From the NCBI GenBank assembly GCA_043803945.1, contig JAZDJN010000035.1:32001-96000 (forward strand): 64,000 nt of DNA. The letters are read 5' to 3'. This DNA comes from a bacterium. Its GTDB lineage: Bacteria > Bacteroidota > Ignavibacteria > UBA10030. Both the position numbers and the translations under genes were made by a program. Below the pieces are notes generated by a model, which was given only the letters and a program-made list of their open reading frames with translations, had not been told where the DNA came from and made no database searches. Numbering within the stretch: position 1 is the stretch's first letter; each line of letters opens with the position of its first letter. Of the stretch, positions 37,801 through 48,394 are shown piece after piece.

Positions 37801-40800
37801 CGATACACCAAGAGAACAAACTCCAGAAGTTACCAGTCCTCCGGTTGCTGATACTGCAATAATATTTGCTATCTTGGCATTAGCGGAACAATTTGCTCCA
37901 CCGATCGCTGCAACATTCAAGGTCACGCAGTACGGAGAAATACCACTTGTGAAAATTTCCCCACTCGAAGGAACAGCTTTCACATTAGAGACTAATGCAC
38001 TGCCAGGCGATGTTACTCCTCCGGACCCGCTTACTGCTTTCACGAAGCTGTTTATCGAAGACCCCGCTGACGATGCACCGCCTATTCCTATATAACCACG
38101 AACCATTGACCCACTACCACCGGTAACCATTCCACCCGAAGCGTATTTCAATACACCGAGAGCGCATGCTCCACCAGCAGAACACCCACAGACACCATCA
38201 ACAGACATTACAATAGAAACGGTCGCGACTCCAGACGTAATCGCACCGCCCAATGCATATTTCAATACACCAAGCGCACACGAACCACTCGCGATGCTTC
38301 CACCGGACACTACGGGTACGAACACCTTTGAAATTACTGCGCCACCACCGGTAATACATCCACCTGAAGTAACTGGAAGTATAACAATCGCATAGGAATT
38401 AAATCCACCTGTTACTGCCCCGCCGCTAACGAATACTGTCCTTCCAAGTGCAACTACACCGCTTGAAATACATCCAACAGAAGAAACTGGAACAATGACA
38501 TTTGAGCAAGAACCATTTCCACCTGTTGTCACTCCACCACTGACAAATACCGTTCTTCCAAGCGAGACATTACTACTGGCGACACATCCACCTGAGGTAA
38601 CAGGAAAAATGACAATAGCAAGAGAACCGCCTCCACCAATTGTCAATCCACCCAAACCACTTATCGCTTTCACAAAGCAGTATATCGGTAAACCACCTGC
38701 CGATACACCACCGGTTCCTACATAGCCAAATCCAGCCTGAGCTTGACCGCCAGTGACTACACCACCTGAGATAACGAACACCCGGCCATTTACGGATACT
38801 CCACCTGTTACAGCACCGCCAGAGCTTTGAGGCGCAAACCGTAAGATGAAATCAGCGGATCCTCCAAGAACAATAACACCGGTCGCACGCCCATGCCCAA
38901 ACGAACCAAATCCAAAGCTACCCCACTCTCCAGCAATGTCCGATCGAATATATGGCTCCCACACCAACCCTCTTGATAGCAGATGAACGCCACCGAATAC
39001 AATCCCACCGGATGCAACAACGTCTAATCTGACCCGCAATACAACGTCGGCAGTGCCACCGCTTATTGCACCACTAGTTCCAACATAACCGCGAACCATT
39101 AAAGCACTGCCATCAGAGACGATTCCACCTGATGCAAATTTCAGAACACCAAGCGAACAAACTCCAGAGGTAACAACTATACCTGAAACGCTCGGAACAA
39201 ATATCCTCGCTATTATTGCAGTGCCACCTGTGCTGCATCCGCCAGCACACAAACCTACATATATCCTTACGATCGAAGCGCCACTCGCAGTTACACCGCC
39301 GCCAGTGACGGCAAACTCCCGACCGAAAGGTGATACACCACCAGCCAGGCATCCAGATGAACTTGGCATTAATACGACAAATGAAACTTGACTGCTTCCC
39401 GAATAAACAATTCCACCAGATCCACTATAGCCACGCACAAATGCCGCTGTACCGGAAGTAACGCAACCACCAGAACCAACGATCGACAACACTTTACTTA
39501 CCGTCGCACTTCCAAACGTGTCGCATTGACCCGATGGGATAATGACGAGAACTATTGCGCAGGGCCCACTACCTGAAGCAACGCATCCACCCGTTGCTGT
39601 GATAGCAACCACATTGGAGCTTACTGCTGACCCTGATGTTACGAGTCCACCAGTAATTTCAAACTGTCTTCCTAGTTGCGCCAATCCGCTTGTGACACAC
39701 CCACCTGTGGCGAACTTCAAGATGCCAAGCGCACTCGAACCACCAGTAGAACAGCCTCCTGCACCGTCAACGGTCTCTATTATAGACACCGCCGCTACAC
39801 CAGATGTAGTAACTCCACCTAATGCATATTTCAAAACTCCAAGAGAGCATGCTCCACCAGTTAGACATCCACCAGATACTACAGGTGCAAACACCTTTGA
39901 TGTTATTGCACTACCACCTGAGACATAGCCACCTGAAGGAACTGGAACGATGACATTTACGGGAGAACCAATTCCACCCGAAATAATTCCACCGCTAATG
40001 AATACCGTTCTACCAAGCGCAACACTACCACCAGAAATATTTCCACCGGAAGCAGCTGGCACAAATATTTTTGCCACCAATACCGAGCCTGCAGTAACAA
40101 CACCGCCAGACGCGAACTTGAGAACACCGAGCGCACAAACACCGCTGGAGACAACTCCACCATCTGCAGATGGAACAATTACGATCGAGCAAACCGAAGA
40201 TCCACTACTGGACATTCCATCGGAGCCAACTTCACATCTTATTTTACTAATGTCTGTTGCGCCACCGGTAATACCGCCACCACTGCAAACAAATGTACGA
40301 GCAATATCTGCCCGGCCGCTAGAGACTATTCCACCTGATACTGCCAGCTCAAATCCACGTATTGCGGAACCAGAAAGCGTGACTCCACCAGTAGGTAATA
40401 CATTGATACCTACAGTCACAACTGCACTACTACCGAGAACAGGAACTTTGTGAACCCGTCCTTGTCCACCTGAACCAAATCCGAACGAACCCCACATTCC
40501 ATACAGATCAGACGTGGAATACGACTCATAGACCAAGCCTCTTACAAGTCCAACACTACCACCAGTAATACATCCCCCACCGGCTACGTGCGACATGGTT
40601 ATCGTCGCTGCAACTGGAGCAGAACCGCCAGTCGTAATACCGCCGGAACACAGCCCGACGAATACTCTGATCAACGCTCCACCACTGGCAGTGATACTAC
40701 CGCCAGCGCAAATGAACGTCCGTCCAAAGTCTGCATGCCCAACAGTTACACATCCACCCTGGGAGACAATTACTATCACCGATGCACAAGTCGCTGAACC

Positions 40801-43800
40801 ACCAGAAACTAATCCACCACTACCTGAGAATACATATCCTCTGCAAAGTGTGGCAATACCGCCTGATGTGCATCCACCAACACCGGAGACTGCAAGACTG
40901 TTTGAAACGACACCTGCCCCAGAGGTCACTACTCCAGCAGATGCAAATTGCAATCTGCCTAAACTACATACTCCACCACTTAGGATTCCACCGATAGCAA
41001 TTTTCACAAAGACGTTCGATACCAACGCAATACCAGAACAGACAGATCCACCTGAAGCCACTGGAACTGTGACCTTTACAAATGGCGCCGAACCGTAAGT
41101 GACCACTCCACCAGAAACCACCGGCAGAATCACGAATGCATAAACGCTCGAGCCGCCACCCAAACATCCACCAGAAGCAACTACGGTCCTGACAATCGTA
41201 ATGGCTGGATCTGCAGATCCAGATGTAACAGCGCTTCCGGTCGCAACAAATGTTCTAGCACAATCAGAACGGCCTCCGGTTACGATTCCACCTGATACGG
41301 CGAACTCTGCTCCTCTTGGTCCAATCCCGCCAGAGGTTAACCCGCCACTGCCAATAACCATGACTCCGACAATCTTGTCCGCAGAATCACTTACTCTGAC
41401 GGAACAGATCGCTCGACCTGAACTTCCACCCCACACCGAGCAACCAAACGCAGAACTCGAATTTTCAAAACCATAAGGTTCATACACGAACCCTCTAGCT
41501 AAATCGGAACTTCCTGCAGTTACGATTCCACCAATAGCCATAACCTCTTTTATGAAAGAAACAGTTGCGCTACCACTAGCAGGAATTCCACCAGAACACA
41601 GTCCAACGTGTATACGTATTACAGCCCCACCACCAGCCGTGGTGCCGCAGCCAGATGCGCACTGCAATCTACCTAAGCTACACACACCGGCTGTTACTGC
41701 TCCACCAGAACCTACTACGGTCTGGATAATCGTTGCAATTACAACTACGTCTCCACCTGAAACCAAACCACCAGACGTACCAAATGTCCTTGCGACATCT
41801 GCTCTTCCGCTCGTTAGAACGCTACATGAGACAGTGAACGCAAAGCCTCTGAGAACACTCCCGCCTGTTACTATCCCGCCACTAATAAACACTGTCCTGC
41901 CTAATGCAACGATACCACCTGAAATACATCCACCCGATGTTAGAGGAACGATAACAATCGCGATAGACACACCTCCAGAAGAGGCTAAGCCACCGCTAAC
42001 AAATACAGTCCTGCCCAACGCGACAATACCACCCGAAATGCAACCACCGGATATTTCCGGGACAACAACAATCGCTAGAGAACTATCGCCACCAGAGACA
42101 CAACCGCCACTCGCTGTGACTATGATTCCAATAGACTTGTCCGCTGAACCGTTTGCTGTGAGAGGATTGGCCTCACTGTTCGGAACATATTGATATCCCC
42201 TGGCAAAGAGAACGCTTCCACCAGTTATTACATTTCCTGTAGCAACAACGGCATTTACAAATGAGACAGTCGCACTCCCAATACTTGTCATTCCTCCGGT
42301 ACATAGATCAACATAAACCCGAACTGTTGCCCCGCCGCCTGCGGTAATACCTCCACCGCCACCAATGAAACAAATCACATTCGCGACACCGGAACTTCCA
42401 CCGCTGGTAGCACCGCCTGAAACCAGTTTCACAATTACAAATACATCATCTGCGGTCCCAGATGCTACACCTCCTCCTGACCCGGCATATCCTCTTACCC
42501 ACACACCAACACCGCCAGTAACGCATCCTCCTGACGTTAACTGCGTGACACCTCTGGCGCATATTCCACCTGCGATCACACTGCCGGAAGTCGGAGAAGA
42601 CAGAACGTTAGAAACAAGACCTACTCCGGATGTCGTTACTCCACCTGAAACCAACTTCACAATTACAAATACATCATCTGCAGAACCGATCAACGTGCAT
42701 CCACCGGTTCCAACGATCGTCTTAGCGAATGAAACAACAGCTACACCGCTGGTGGTAACTTCACCGCAAGGAACAATATTCAACACTTTGGCAATCAGCA
42801 CTATGCCGGCAGTTGCGCATCCACCACTGATAAAGAGTGTCCGTCCTAATGAACAGCTTCCACCAGCTACGCATCCACCTGTGATTCCAAAGGCGCGACC
42901 AATAATATGCTGACCACCTGTCGCACACTCACCAGAACAGGGAGCTGCAAGAACATTGCTGACTAATGCACTTCCACCTGACGTTGCTCCACCAGAAGCG
43001 ATTACTTGAAGGCCTATCGTTCTATCTGCACTTCCAGTAGTGCGAACATCGATCGAGATATCCGATACCGTTCCACCAACATAAATGGATCCGAATAAGA
43101 ACGAACCGTAGGCCGTTGCCTTCAGCTCTATCGAGTGTTCATAGACATTACCACGAGCCAGTACTCCAACTCCACCAATGATACAACCACCGCCTGTATC
43201 AACTGTTCGACCAAACACACAACTACCGCCTGCATCGGCCCCACCGGTTCCGACGTAGGCACGAACCATTTCTCCCCTACCACTTGACGTGCAACCGCCT
43301 GAGGTAAGCTGTAATCGACCAACCGAACAAGTCCCGTCAGTTGTGCAACTGCCTGAACAAACAGAGACATTTACGAATGCTATACCCGCTGACCCGGTAG
43401 CAGAACATCCCCCAGCGCATAGTCCTACAAAAATCCGAATCCAAGCACCACCTCCGGATGAAACACCCCCACCAAGAATGGCATACTCTCTACCATTAAG
43501 AGACGCACCATTACTTGTGACTCCATTAGAACAAACAGGAACGATCACTACTAAAAGAGCAGCATCTCCACCGCTTGTTGCCCCTCCACCGCCGGCATAA
43601 GCTCTCTGCCATATCGCAGCTCCATCGGTGACATACCCTCCTGATGTGAGTTGCAATCGACCAAGAGAACAGATACCGTTAGTGACGCATCCACCTGAAA
43701 CCTCCGGAACAAATACTTTGGCGAGATCAGCTACACCGCTTGTTACGCATCCTCCAGACGCGGTAAATGTGAACGTCTGACAGTAGGAGGCTACACCCTC

Positions 43801-46800
43801 AGTGATACAACCACCGGAAGTCAGTTGCAATCTTCCAAGAGAACACATACCACTTGTCGTTATACCACCAGAAAAAACAGGCGAGAATACATTAGCAATT
43901 AATCCTACGCCGCCAGTGACTGAACCTCCTGACGCAGTGAATGGGAATGCTTTCGATATCAATGCAATGCCAGAACAACTTCCACCACCTGAACCAACTA
44001 CCGCTTTGACGAATAGTCGATCAGCAGTTCCAGATGCCGAGCATCCACCGGACCCAACATATCCACGAACCCATACTCCGATACCTGCAGCTATAACACC
44101 ACCTGACGTTAATTGCGTAATACCTCTGGGACATGCACCTACAGTAATCACACCACCGGAAGACTGCGCAGATAAAATCTTTGCGATAAGTGCATCACCA
44201 GAAGCAGTAGCTCCTCCAGAACAAGCAAGCACACGCGTGAATACCAAATCTGCTGAACCGGACGTCGTGCTTTCACCGATTCCAGATATCACGTTAACAA
44301 ATGATACTACAGCAACGCTGCCAATAGTAACGCGACCTATAGGAACAATGCTCAATACTTTGGCAATGATCCCAACACCACCAGTCACAACCCCACCGCT
44401 TGCCCATACGATTCGTCCAAGAGAACAATCACCACTTGTAACACATCCACCCATTGATACAAATGCACGACCGATGATATGCTGACCTCCGCTTGTGCAT
44501 CCACCAGAAGTATTGACCGTCCGTCCAAGTGCACAATCACCACTTGTCGTAACACCACCAGAGTCAATCACACTGAACACTTTTGTCGAATCAGCCACAC
44601 CACCCGTCTTCACGTCGATCGTTATGTCGGATATCGCACCACCAACATAAACGGATCCGAACAAGAACGAACCGTAAGATGCCGCCTTGATCTCTATCGA
44701 ATGACTGTGAACATATCCACGAGCCAGCAACGTAGAGCCGCCAGTCACACAGCCGCCGCTAATATCTACTGTCCTGCCAAATGCACAATCTCCACTAGCG
44801 ACTACTCCACCAGTTCCAACGTACGCTCGAACCATCAGACCTGTGCCGCTAGTAGTGCAATTGCCTGAGGTAAGTTGCAACCTGCCGAGAGGAGCTAGCC
44901 CTCCTGTTCCACAGCCGCCAGAACAAACCTCCACATTAACAAACGATCTATCTGCTGAACCGGAGGCAGTGCAACCACCTGAGCATAATCCTACATACAC
45001 TCGAACCAGTCCTGCGCCACTTGCTGTAATACCACCGCCAAGGATGGCAAACTCTCTACCGATCAGAGCCACTCCATTCAAGGCGATTCCACCATTACAG
45101 ACTGAAACGATCACCGTTGAAAGTGTGGCACTTCCGCTACAGGTAGCACTGCCAGCTCCGACATACGTTCTCTGCCATGTGGCAACACCACCTGTAACAC
45201 AACCTCCAGAAACAATCGGCACAAATACTTTAACAAGAACAGCGTCTCCTCCGGAAACGCATCCACCAGAGGTAAATTGCAACCTTCCTAAAGAATAGAT
45301 TCCTCCGGTGATACAACCACCAGAGACGATCGGAACGAATACCTTAGCAAGTGCAGCATCTCCTCCAGTAATACATCCACCAGAAGTGAACTGCAGTCTT
45401 CCTAAGGAACAATTACCGCTTGTAACACTCCCTCCACTTACTACAGGAACAATGACAATGGCAAGACTGGCTACACCTCCAAAGACACAACCGCCTGAGA
45501 CAAATGGTGCAAATACTTTAGCAAGAGTGACGTCTCCTCCTGAGACCAATCCCCCTGAGACGAATGGAGCAAATACCTTGGCGGTAGTAGCGTCTCCGAA
45601 AGCAACGTATCCTCCCGACGTAAGCTGCAATCTTCCAAGTGAACAAATCCCATCGGTAAGACATCCACCCGAAACAACAGGAACAAAAACTTTTACAAGC
45701 GCAGCATCCCCTCCAATGACACATCCGCCGGAAGCGATCTGCAATCTTCCTAAAGAGCAAATCCCTCCAGTAACACACCCACCTGAAACGACAGGAATAT
45801 GAACTTTAGCAAATGTGGCGTCTCCACTACTAATACAGCCACCAGAAGCGAATTGTAGTCTACCGAGAGAACAATCTCCATTGGTAATGCAACCGACTGA
45901 ACAGATCGGAACAAAAACTTTTATAAGAGCAGCTACACCGCTTGTAACACATCCACCAGATGATATGAAGGTGAATGCCTGATAGTATGGCGCTATACCG
46001 CCAGCAACATAACCTCCGGAACAGAAAGGCACTTTTACAAATGCTATAATCGCCGAGCCGGAAGAAGAACAACCGCCAGAACAGAATCCAACATATACCC
46101 GAACTATTGCTACACCGCTGGCTGTAACACCTCCACCGAGAACAGCAAACTCTCTACCATTGAGGGCCACGCCATTGGTTGTAACCCCACATGCACAAAC
46201 TGGCATTGTAACTATCGCAACAGTTGCAGATCCACTACAGATAAATCCACCGCTACCAACATAGGCTCTACACCATACCGCATCGCCACCAGTGACACAA
46301 CCGCCGGACGTAAGAAGCAATCTACCAAGAGAGACAATCCCTCCAGTGACACAGCCACCCGATGTCTGAGTCGCAAAAACCTTTGCTGTGTCGGCAGATC
46401 CTCCGGTTACACAACCACCAGAAGCAACTGCTGTTCTAACAACGGTCATGGATGCAATAGCTGCACCTGCAGTCACTACTCCGCCAGTAGCTATTATCGC
46501 TTTTACATTTGCTACTGCACCAATGCCAGAGGTAACTACTCCCCCTGAACAGAATATCGCAAACACCTTTTGCCAATCAGCACTACCGGATATTTTTACA
46601 TCAATTTGCTCACCGGCGGCACTGCTAGAAAATGGCGCCGAACCAAAAACGAAAGAGCTATAACCTGAATGGACAAAATCGTCTTTCTTGCTGTGATCAT
46701 ATCCGCGAGCTTGAATCCCTGTACCACCAATGACACAACCGCCACTCACATCCTCGATGATTACAAAGGCATCGTCTGCACTTCCTGAAAATACAGCACC

Positions 46801-48114
46801 ACCAGAACCGACATATCCTCTGACAAATAATCCAAGACCTCCAGTGACACATCCTCCGCTAGCAGCGTGATCTCTTCCCAGTAGTCCTATGCCACCGGTG
46901 ACACACCCACCAGTGATTACTGGAGCAAGAACTTTCGCAATGAAAGCAGAGCCAGATGCAGTGCAACCGCCAGCACAAAGTCCGACATACACTCTGACCA
47001 TAGCCGCACCATTCGATGCAAGTCCACCGCCTGTGACTCCGAACTCTCTTCCAAGAACACCAATACCGCTACTGACACAGCCACCACTCGTAGGCAATGT
47101 TCGACCATACGATGCAGAACCGGATGACACTGCACTGCCAGAACAAACTGGAGAGAATACTTTGGCGAGAACTACAATACCTGACGTTGTGCATCCACCT
47201 GACGTGAGTTGCAATCTACCTAACGCAGATACACCGTCAGTGACACCACCGCCAGAACAGACAGGAACAAGAACTTTCGCTATGACGGCAATACCAGAAG
47301 TTGTGCAGCTTCCATTCACGACAGGAGAAAACACTTTGGCAAGAGCTGCAATCCCAGAACACGTTGCTCCACCACTGCCAGCGTAAGCTCGACACCAAAT
47401 CGCTACGCCAGCCGTGACGCATCCACCACTTGTAAGCTGAAGGCGTCCTAATGGGCAGATACCTCCAGAAACAGAGCCTCCGGAGACAGCAGGAACAAAT
47501 ACTTTCGAAAGAAGAGCAACACCAGAAGTTACAGAACCACCGGTAGGGACATTTGTATACGATTGACTATAGAGGGCAACACCCGAACTCGAAACTCCAC
47601 TGGAAACAAGAAATGTCCGACCTACAACAATGCTTCCAGCACAACTTGCGCCACCTGTCGGTATCAGCACTCGGGTGAATACTGTCAGACCAACTCCAGC
47701 ACAAGTTACGCCACCAACACCGGAACCAGCTTTGACGTTGGCAACAAGACCAACACCACCAGCAACCATTCCTCCGACTACCGGGGCATTGCAAACTTTT
47801 ACCACAAGACCTATTCCGCCACAACTTGCTCCTCCACTCGCTGTGGCAGTAAAAATAATTGTCGCTGACTGTGTGACTAAGCCAGATGTAACAGCACTGC
47901 CAGAACCTGCCACCGTCCTCAAAACAGTTCGAGTCACTGTAGCCGCACCACCTGTTGTAACACCGCCAGACGCAGGCGCAGACTTCACCATAGACAGAAC
48001 AGCGGAGCCACTTGTAGCAGCCCAGCCTGTTCCTTCTACATTGAATGCGACGAGCACAGCGGCAAAGATACCACCAAGACTCGACGAGCTATATGGAGCT
48101 TTGCCGTAGGTCAT
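34843..48114 (-). CDS. Giant 4423-aa Gly/Ser/Val/Cys repeat protein, putative virion fibre
   Basis: 13.3-kb open frame; recurring SGGC[VI]T[GS]G units with ~17-20 aa period; lies in the structural module. Confidence 0.85.
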   Translation of the reverse strand: MTYGKAPYSSSSLGGIFAAVLVAFNVEGTGWAATSGSAVLSMVKSAPASGGVTTGGAATVTRTVLRTVAGSGSAVTSGLVTQSATIIFTATASGGASCGGIGLVVKVCNAPVVGGMVAGGVGLVANVKAGSGVGGVTCAGVGLTVFTRVLIPTGGASCAGSIVVGRTFLVSSGVSSSGVALYSQSYTNVPTGGSVTSGVALLSKVFVPAVSGGSVSGGICPLGRLQLTSGGCVTAGVAIWCRAYAGSGGATCSGIAALAKVFSPVVNGSCTTSGIAVIAKVLVPVCSGGGVTDGVSALGRLQLTSGGCTTSGIVVLAKVFSPVCSGSAVSSGSASYGRTLPTSGGCVSSGIGVLGREFGVTGGGLASNGAAMVRVYVGLCAGGCTASGSAFIAKVLAPVITGGCVTGGIGLLGRDHAASGGCVTGGLGLFVRGYVGSGGAVFSGSADDAFVIIEDVSGGCVIGGTGIQARGYDHSKKDDFVHSGYSSFVFGSAPFSSSAAGEQIDVKISGSADWQKVFAIFCSGGVVTSGIGAVANVKAIIATGGVVTAGAAIASMTVVRTAVASGGCVTGGSADTAKVFATQTSGGCVTGGIVSLGRLLLTSGGCVTGGDAVWCRAYVGSGGFICSGSATVAIVTMPVCACGVTTNGVALNGREFAVLGGGVTASGVAIVRVYVGFCSGGCSSSGSAIIAFVKVPFCSGGYVAGGIAPYYQAFTFISSGGCVTSGVAALIKVFVPICSVGCITNGDCSLGRLQFASGGCISSGDATFAKVHIPVVSGGCVTGGICSLGRLQIASGGCVIGGDAALVKVFVPVVSGGCLTDGICSLGRLQLTSGGYVAFGDATTAKVFAPFVSGGLVSGGDVTLAKVFAPFVSGGCVFGGVASLAIVIVPVVSGGSVTSGNCSLGRLQFTSGGCITGGDAALAKVFVPIVSGGCITGGIYSLGRLQFTSGGCVSGGDAVLVKVFVPIVSGGCVTGGVATWQRTYVGAGSATCSGSATLSTVIVSVCNGGIALNGVALIGREFAILGGGITASGAGLVRVYVGLCSGGCTASGSADRSFVNVEVCSGGCGTGGLAPLGRLQLTSGNCTTSGTGLMVRAYVGTGGVVASGDCAFGRTVDISGGCVTGGSTLLARGYVHSHSIEIKAASYGSFLFGSVYVGGAISDITIDVKTGGVADSTKVFSVIDSGGVTTSGDCALGRTVNTSGGCTSGGQHIIGRAFVSMGGCVTSGDCSLGRIVWASGGVVTGGVGIIAKVLSIVPIGRVTIGSVAVVSFVNVISGIGESTTSGSADLVFTRVLACSGGATASGDALIAKILSAQSSGGVITVGACPRGITQLTSGGVIAAGIGVWVRGYVGSGGCSASGTADRLFVKAVVGSGGGSCSGIALISKAFPFTASGGSVTGGVGLIANVFSPVFSGGITTSGMCSLGRLQLTSGGCITEGVASYCQTFTFTASGGCVTSGVADLAKVFVPEVSGGCVTNGICSLGRLQLTSGGYVTDGAAIWQRAYAGGGGATSGGDAALLVVIVPVCSNGVTSNGASLNGREYAILGGGVSSGGGAWIRIFVGLCAGGCSATGSAGIAFVNVSVCSGSCTTDGTCSVGRLQLTSGGCTSSGRGEMVRAYVGTGGADAGGSCVFGRTVDTGGGCIIGGVGVLARGNVYEHSIELKATAYGSFLFGSIYVGGTVSDISIDVRTTGSADRTIGLQVIASGGATSGGSALVSNVLAAPCSGECATGGQHIIGRAFGITGGCVAGGSCSLGRTLFISGGCATAGIVLIAKVLNIVPCGEVTTSGVAVVSFAKTIVGTGGCTLIGSADDVFVIVKLVSGGVTTSGVGLVSNVLSSPTSGSVIAGGICARGVTQLTSGGCVTGGVGVWVRGYAGSGGGVASGTADDVFVIVKLVSGGATSGGSSGVANVICFIGGGGGITAGGGATVRVYVDLCTGGMTSIGSATVSFVNAVVATGNVITGGSVLFARGYQYVPNSEANPLTANGSADKSIGIIVTASGGCVSGGDSSLAIVVVPEISGGCISGGIVALGRTVFVSGGLASSGGVSIAIVIVPLTSGGCISGGIVALGRTVFISGGIVTGGSVLRGFAFTVSCSVLTSGRADVARTFGTSGGLVSGGDVVVIATIIQTVVGSGGAVTAGVCSLGRLQCASGCGTTAGGGAVIRIHVGLCSGGIPASGSATVSFIKEVMAIGGIVTAGSSDLARGFVYEPYGFENSSSAFGCSVWGGSSGRAICSVRVSDSADKIVGVMVIGSGGLTSGGIGPRGAEFAVSGGIVTGGRSDCARTFVATGSAVTSGSADPAITIVRTVVASGGCLGGGSSVYAFVILPVVSGGVVTYGSAPFVKVTVPVASGGSVCSGIALVSNVFVKIAIGGILSGGVCSLGRLQFASAGVVTSGAGVVSNSLAVSGVGGCTSGGIATLCRGYVFSGSGGLVSGGSATCASVIVIVSQGGCVTVGHADFGRTFICAGGSITASGGALIRVFVGLCSGGITTGGSAPVAATITMSHVAGGGCITGGSVGLVRGLVYESYSTSDLYGMWGSFGFGSGGQGRVHKVPVLGSSAVVTVGINVLPTGGVTLSGSAIRGFELAVSGGIVSSGRADIARTFVCSGGGITGGATDISKIRCEVGSDGMSSSGSSVCSIVIVPSADGGVVSSGVCALGVLKFASGGVVTAGSVLVAKIFVPAASGGNISGGSVALGRTVFISGGIISGGIGSPVNVIVPVPSGGYVSGGSAITSKVFAPVVSGGCLTGGACSLGVLKYALGGVTTSGVAAVSIIETVDGAGGCSTGGSSALGILKFATGGCVTSGLAQLGRQFEITGGLVTSGSAVSSNVVAITATGGCVASGSGPCAIVLVIIPSGQCDTFGSATVSKVLSIVGSGGCVTSGTAAFVRGYSGSGGIVYSGSSQVSFVVLMPSSSGCLAGGVSPFGREFAVTGGGVTASGASIVRIYVGLCAGGCSTGGTAIIARIFVPSVSGIVVTSGVCSLGVLKFASGGIVSDGSALMVRGYVGTSGAISGGTADVVLRVRLDVVASGGIVFGGVHLLSRGLVWEPYIRSDIAGEWGSFGFGSFGHGRATGVIVLGGSADFILRFAPQSSGGAVTGGVSVNGRVFVISGGVVTGGQAQAGFGYVGTGGVSAGGLPIYCFVKAISGLGGLTIGGGGSLAIVIFPVTSGGCVASSNVSLGRTVFVSGGVTTGGNGSCSNVIVPVSSVGCISSGVVALGRTVFVSGGAVTGGFNSYAIVILPVTSGGCITGGGAVISKVFVPVVSGGSIASGSCALGVLKYALGGAITSGVATVSIVMSVDGVCGCSAGGACALGVLKYASGGMVTGGSGSMVRGYIGIGGASSAGSSINSFVKAVSGSGGVTSPGSALVSNVKAVPSSGEIFTSGISPYCVTLNVAAIGGANCSANAKIANIIAVSATGGLVTSGVCSLGVSRFASDGTVTGGVASIAKVLSIAGIGGCLTGETSILCRGYVFVATGGLLASGSSLSSIVIVVTANGSVITGGSVVRGFTHICLGGGVSTGGGAIVRIFVGLCAGGVTASASGSVTVRVVVDGSGGESAGGVADKSIRFTYVALDVSNNVGGYGSSSWGTSGYGKLGRILICGGTADVAYRLEITVSGGISIGGHTEFGRTFVVSGGLATGGQCLRAIVLVVSGNGGVVASGSCSVAKVLSIVSSGGVTTGRAAGVVHHIRLEFEPSGGMILGGSALLCRGYVFESAGGLIVGGIAEFAVGRIIEGQGTIVAGGLVILARTFAVSDGVITSGRSVNGRAFATKGGVVTGGKCQMAGRIYGLGGCTIRGGAVVCFRKAIVSSGGLLTGGSSTLCLGLEYQPIGGVQSSGSASVSISKIQFIDGIIVLLSEAVVAFVKAVIATGGAVASGKAVVKNIIEVVGSGDILTGGACIYEPIIRRVVKGIGGVVPSGQGSIVVAIALEGSGKSKTGGGSSLVATRSLESYGGIVISGSAGVQFKRIVDVSGDIVSGGSAAIGKRIAPHVTGGVITAGSALVLVRLSGQSIGGIVASGTAERVISSALICSGGIAASGNATKSVSVEPETSGSMIAVGSVTMKNRRVIEVGGGALLSGASSISNWLTVAALGGCVVSGSALFTFIRTLIAQGGIVSGGSGLVAFKTVLDTVGDVLSGGAAYLKFRLATSVRGTVISSGSAACSIRKVELGSGKMFARGLASIIVPISTRVSILCEATARLVKRSDLGITSQAVCSAVLSPQVAISMTCSASAVAEAHSLFDRLKEMVVSSSIIANATLSLGKLAGMMMSSDSESESTTSVYVNKGISASAVSESESILGVGCIRVLGLRSDCESISELQLFKKVRAIKLSRGRTIKSCGTRDVFAIPEIAPSPEVVVRSIEYPFKDRLTDYCGPVRRVVAKWDRNKVNDLERRRPDVPVERRKVKEDPCIIEQEN
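37706..37721. promoter_or_regulatory. Dispersed perfect palindrome GTCTCACCGGTGAGAC (parS-like)
   Basis: Exact copy inside the giant gene. Confidence 0.7.
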
Positions 48115-48120
48115 CAGCTA

Positions 48121-48384
48121 CTACCGAATAGCGACCTCACCATTCTCGAAGACGTAATCTTCCGTCAAATAGAAGACTTCATCAAAATAGAGATACCGGC
48201 CACCTACAAAGTCCTGGGGAATCGACTCGACGGTTTCTATCGTGCAATTCTCTGGCGTGAGATCACTTGCGACAAATAGAGTCTCTCCGTTCTGATTGAA
48301 CTCAAGTCCAGCTTCACTGAAGCTCGTGGCGTAATTTCCACCATACAGAACTACTTTCGTGCTATCTTTAACTACGATTATCAT
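48121..48384 (-). CDS. Small acidic fibre-associated/chaperone-like protein
   Basis: Follows the receptor-binding-like gene; P.DFVGGRYLY motif. Confidence 0.65.
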   Translation of the reverse strand: MIIVVKDSTKVVLYGGNYATSFSEAGLEFNQNGETLFVASDLTPENCTIETVESIPQDFVGGRYLYFDEVFYLTEDYVFENGEVAIR

Positions 48385-48394
48385 GATTTCACCA

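Noticed and set aside
34852-48109. Many Pro/Thr-rich plus-strand ORFs
   Set aside because: Antisense shadows of the Gly/Val codons of the giant gene.
34843-48114. Tape measure protein call for the giant ORF
   Set aside because: Composition is Gly/Val/Cys beta-type rather than Ala/Leu/Lys helical, and no tail tube or chaperone genes precede it.
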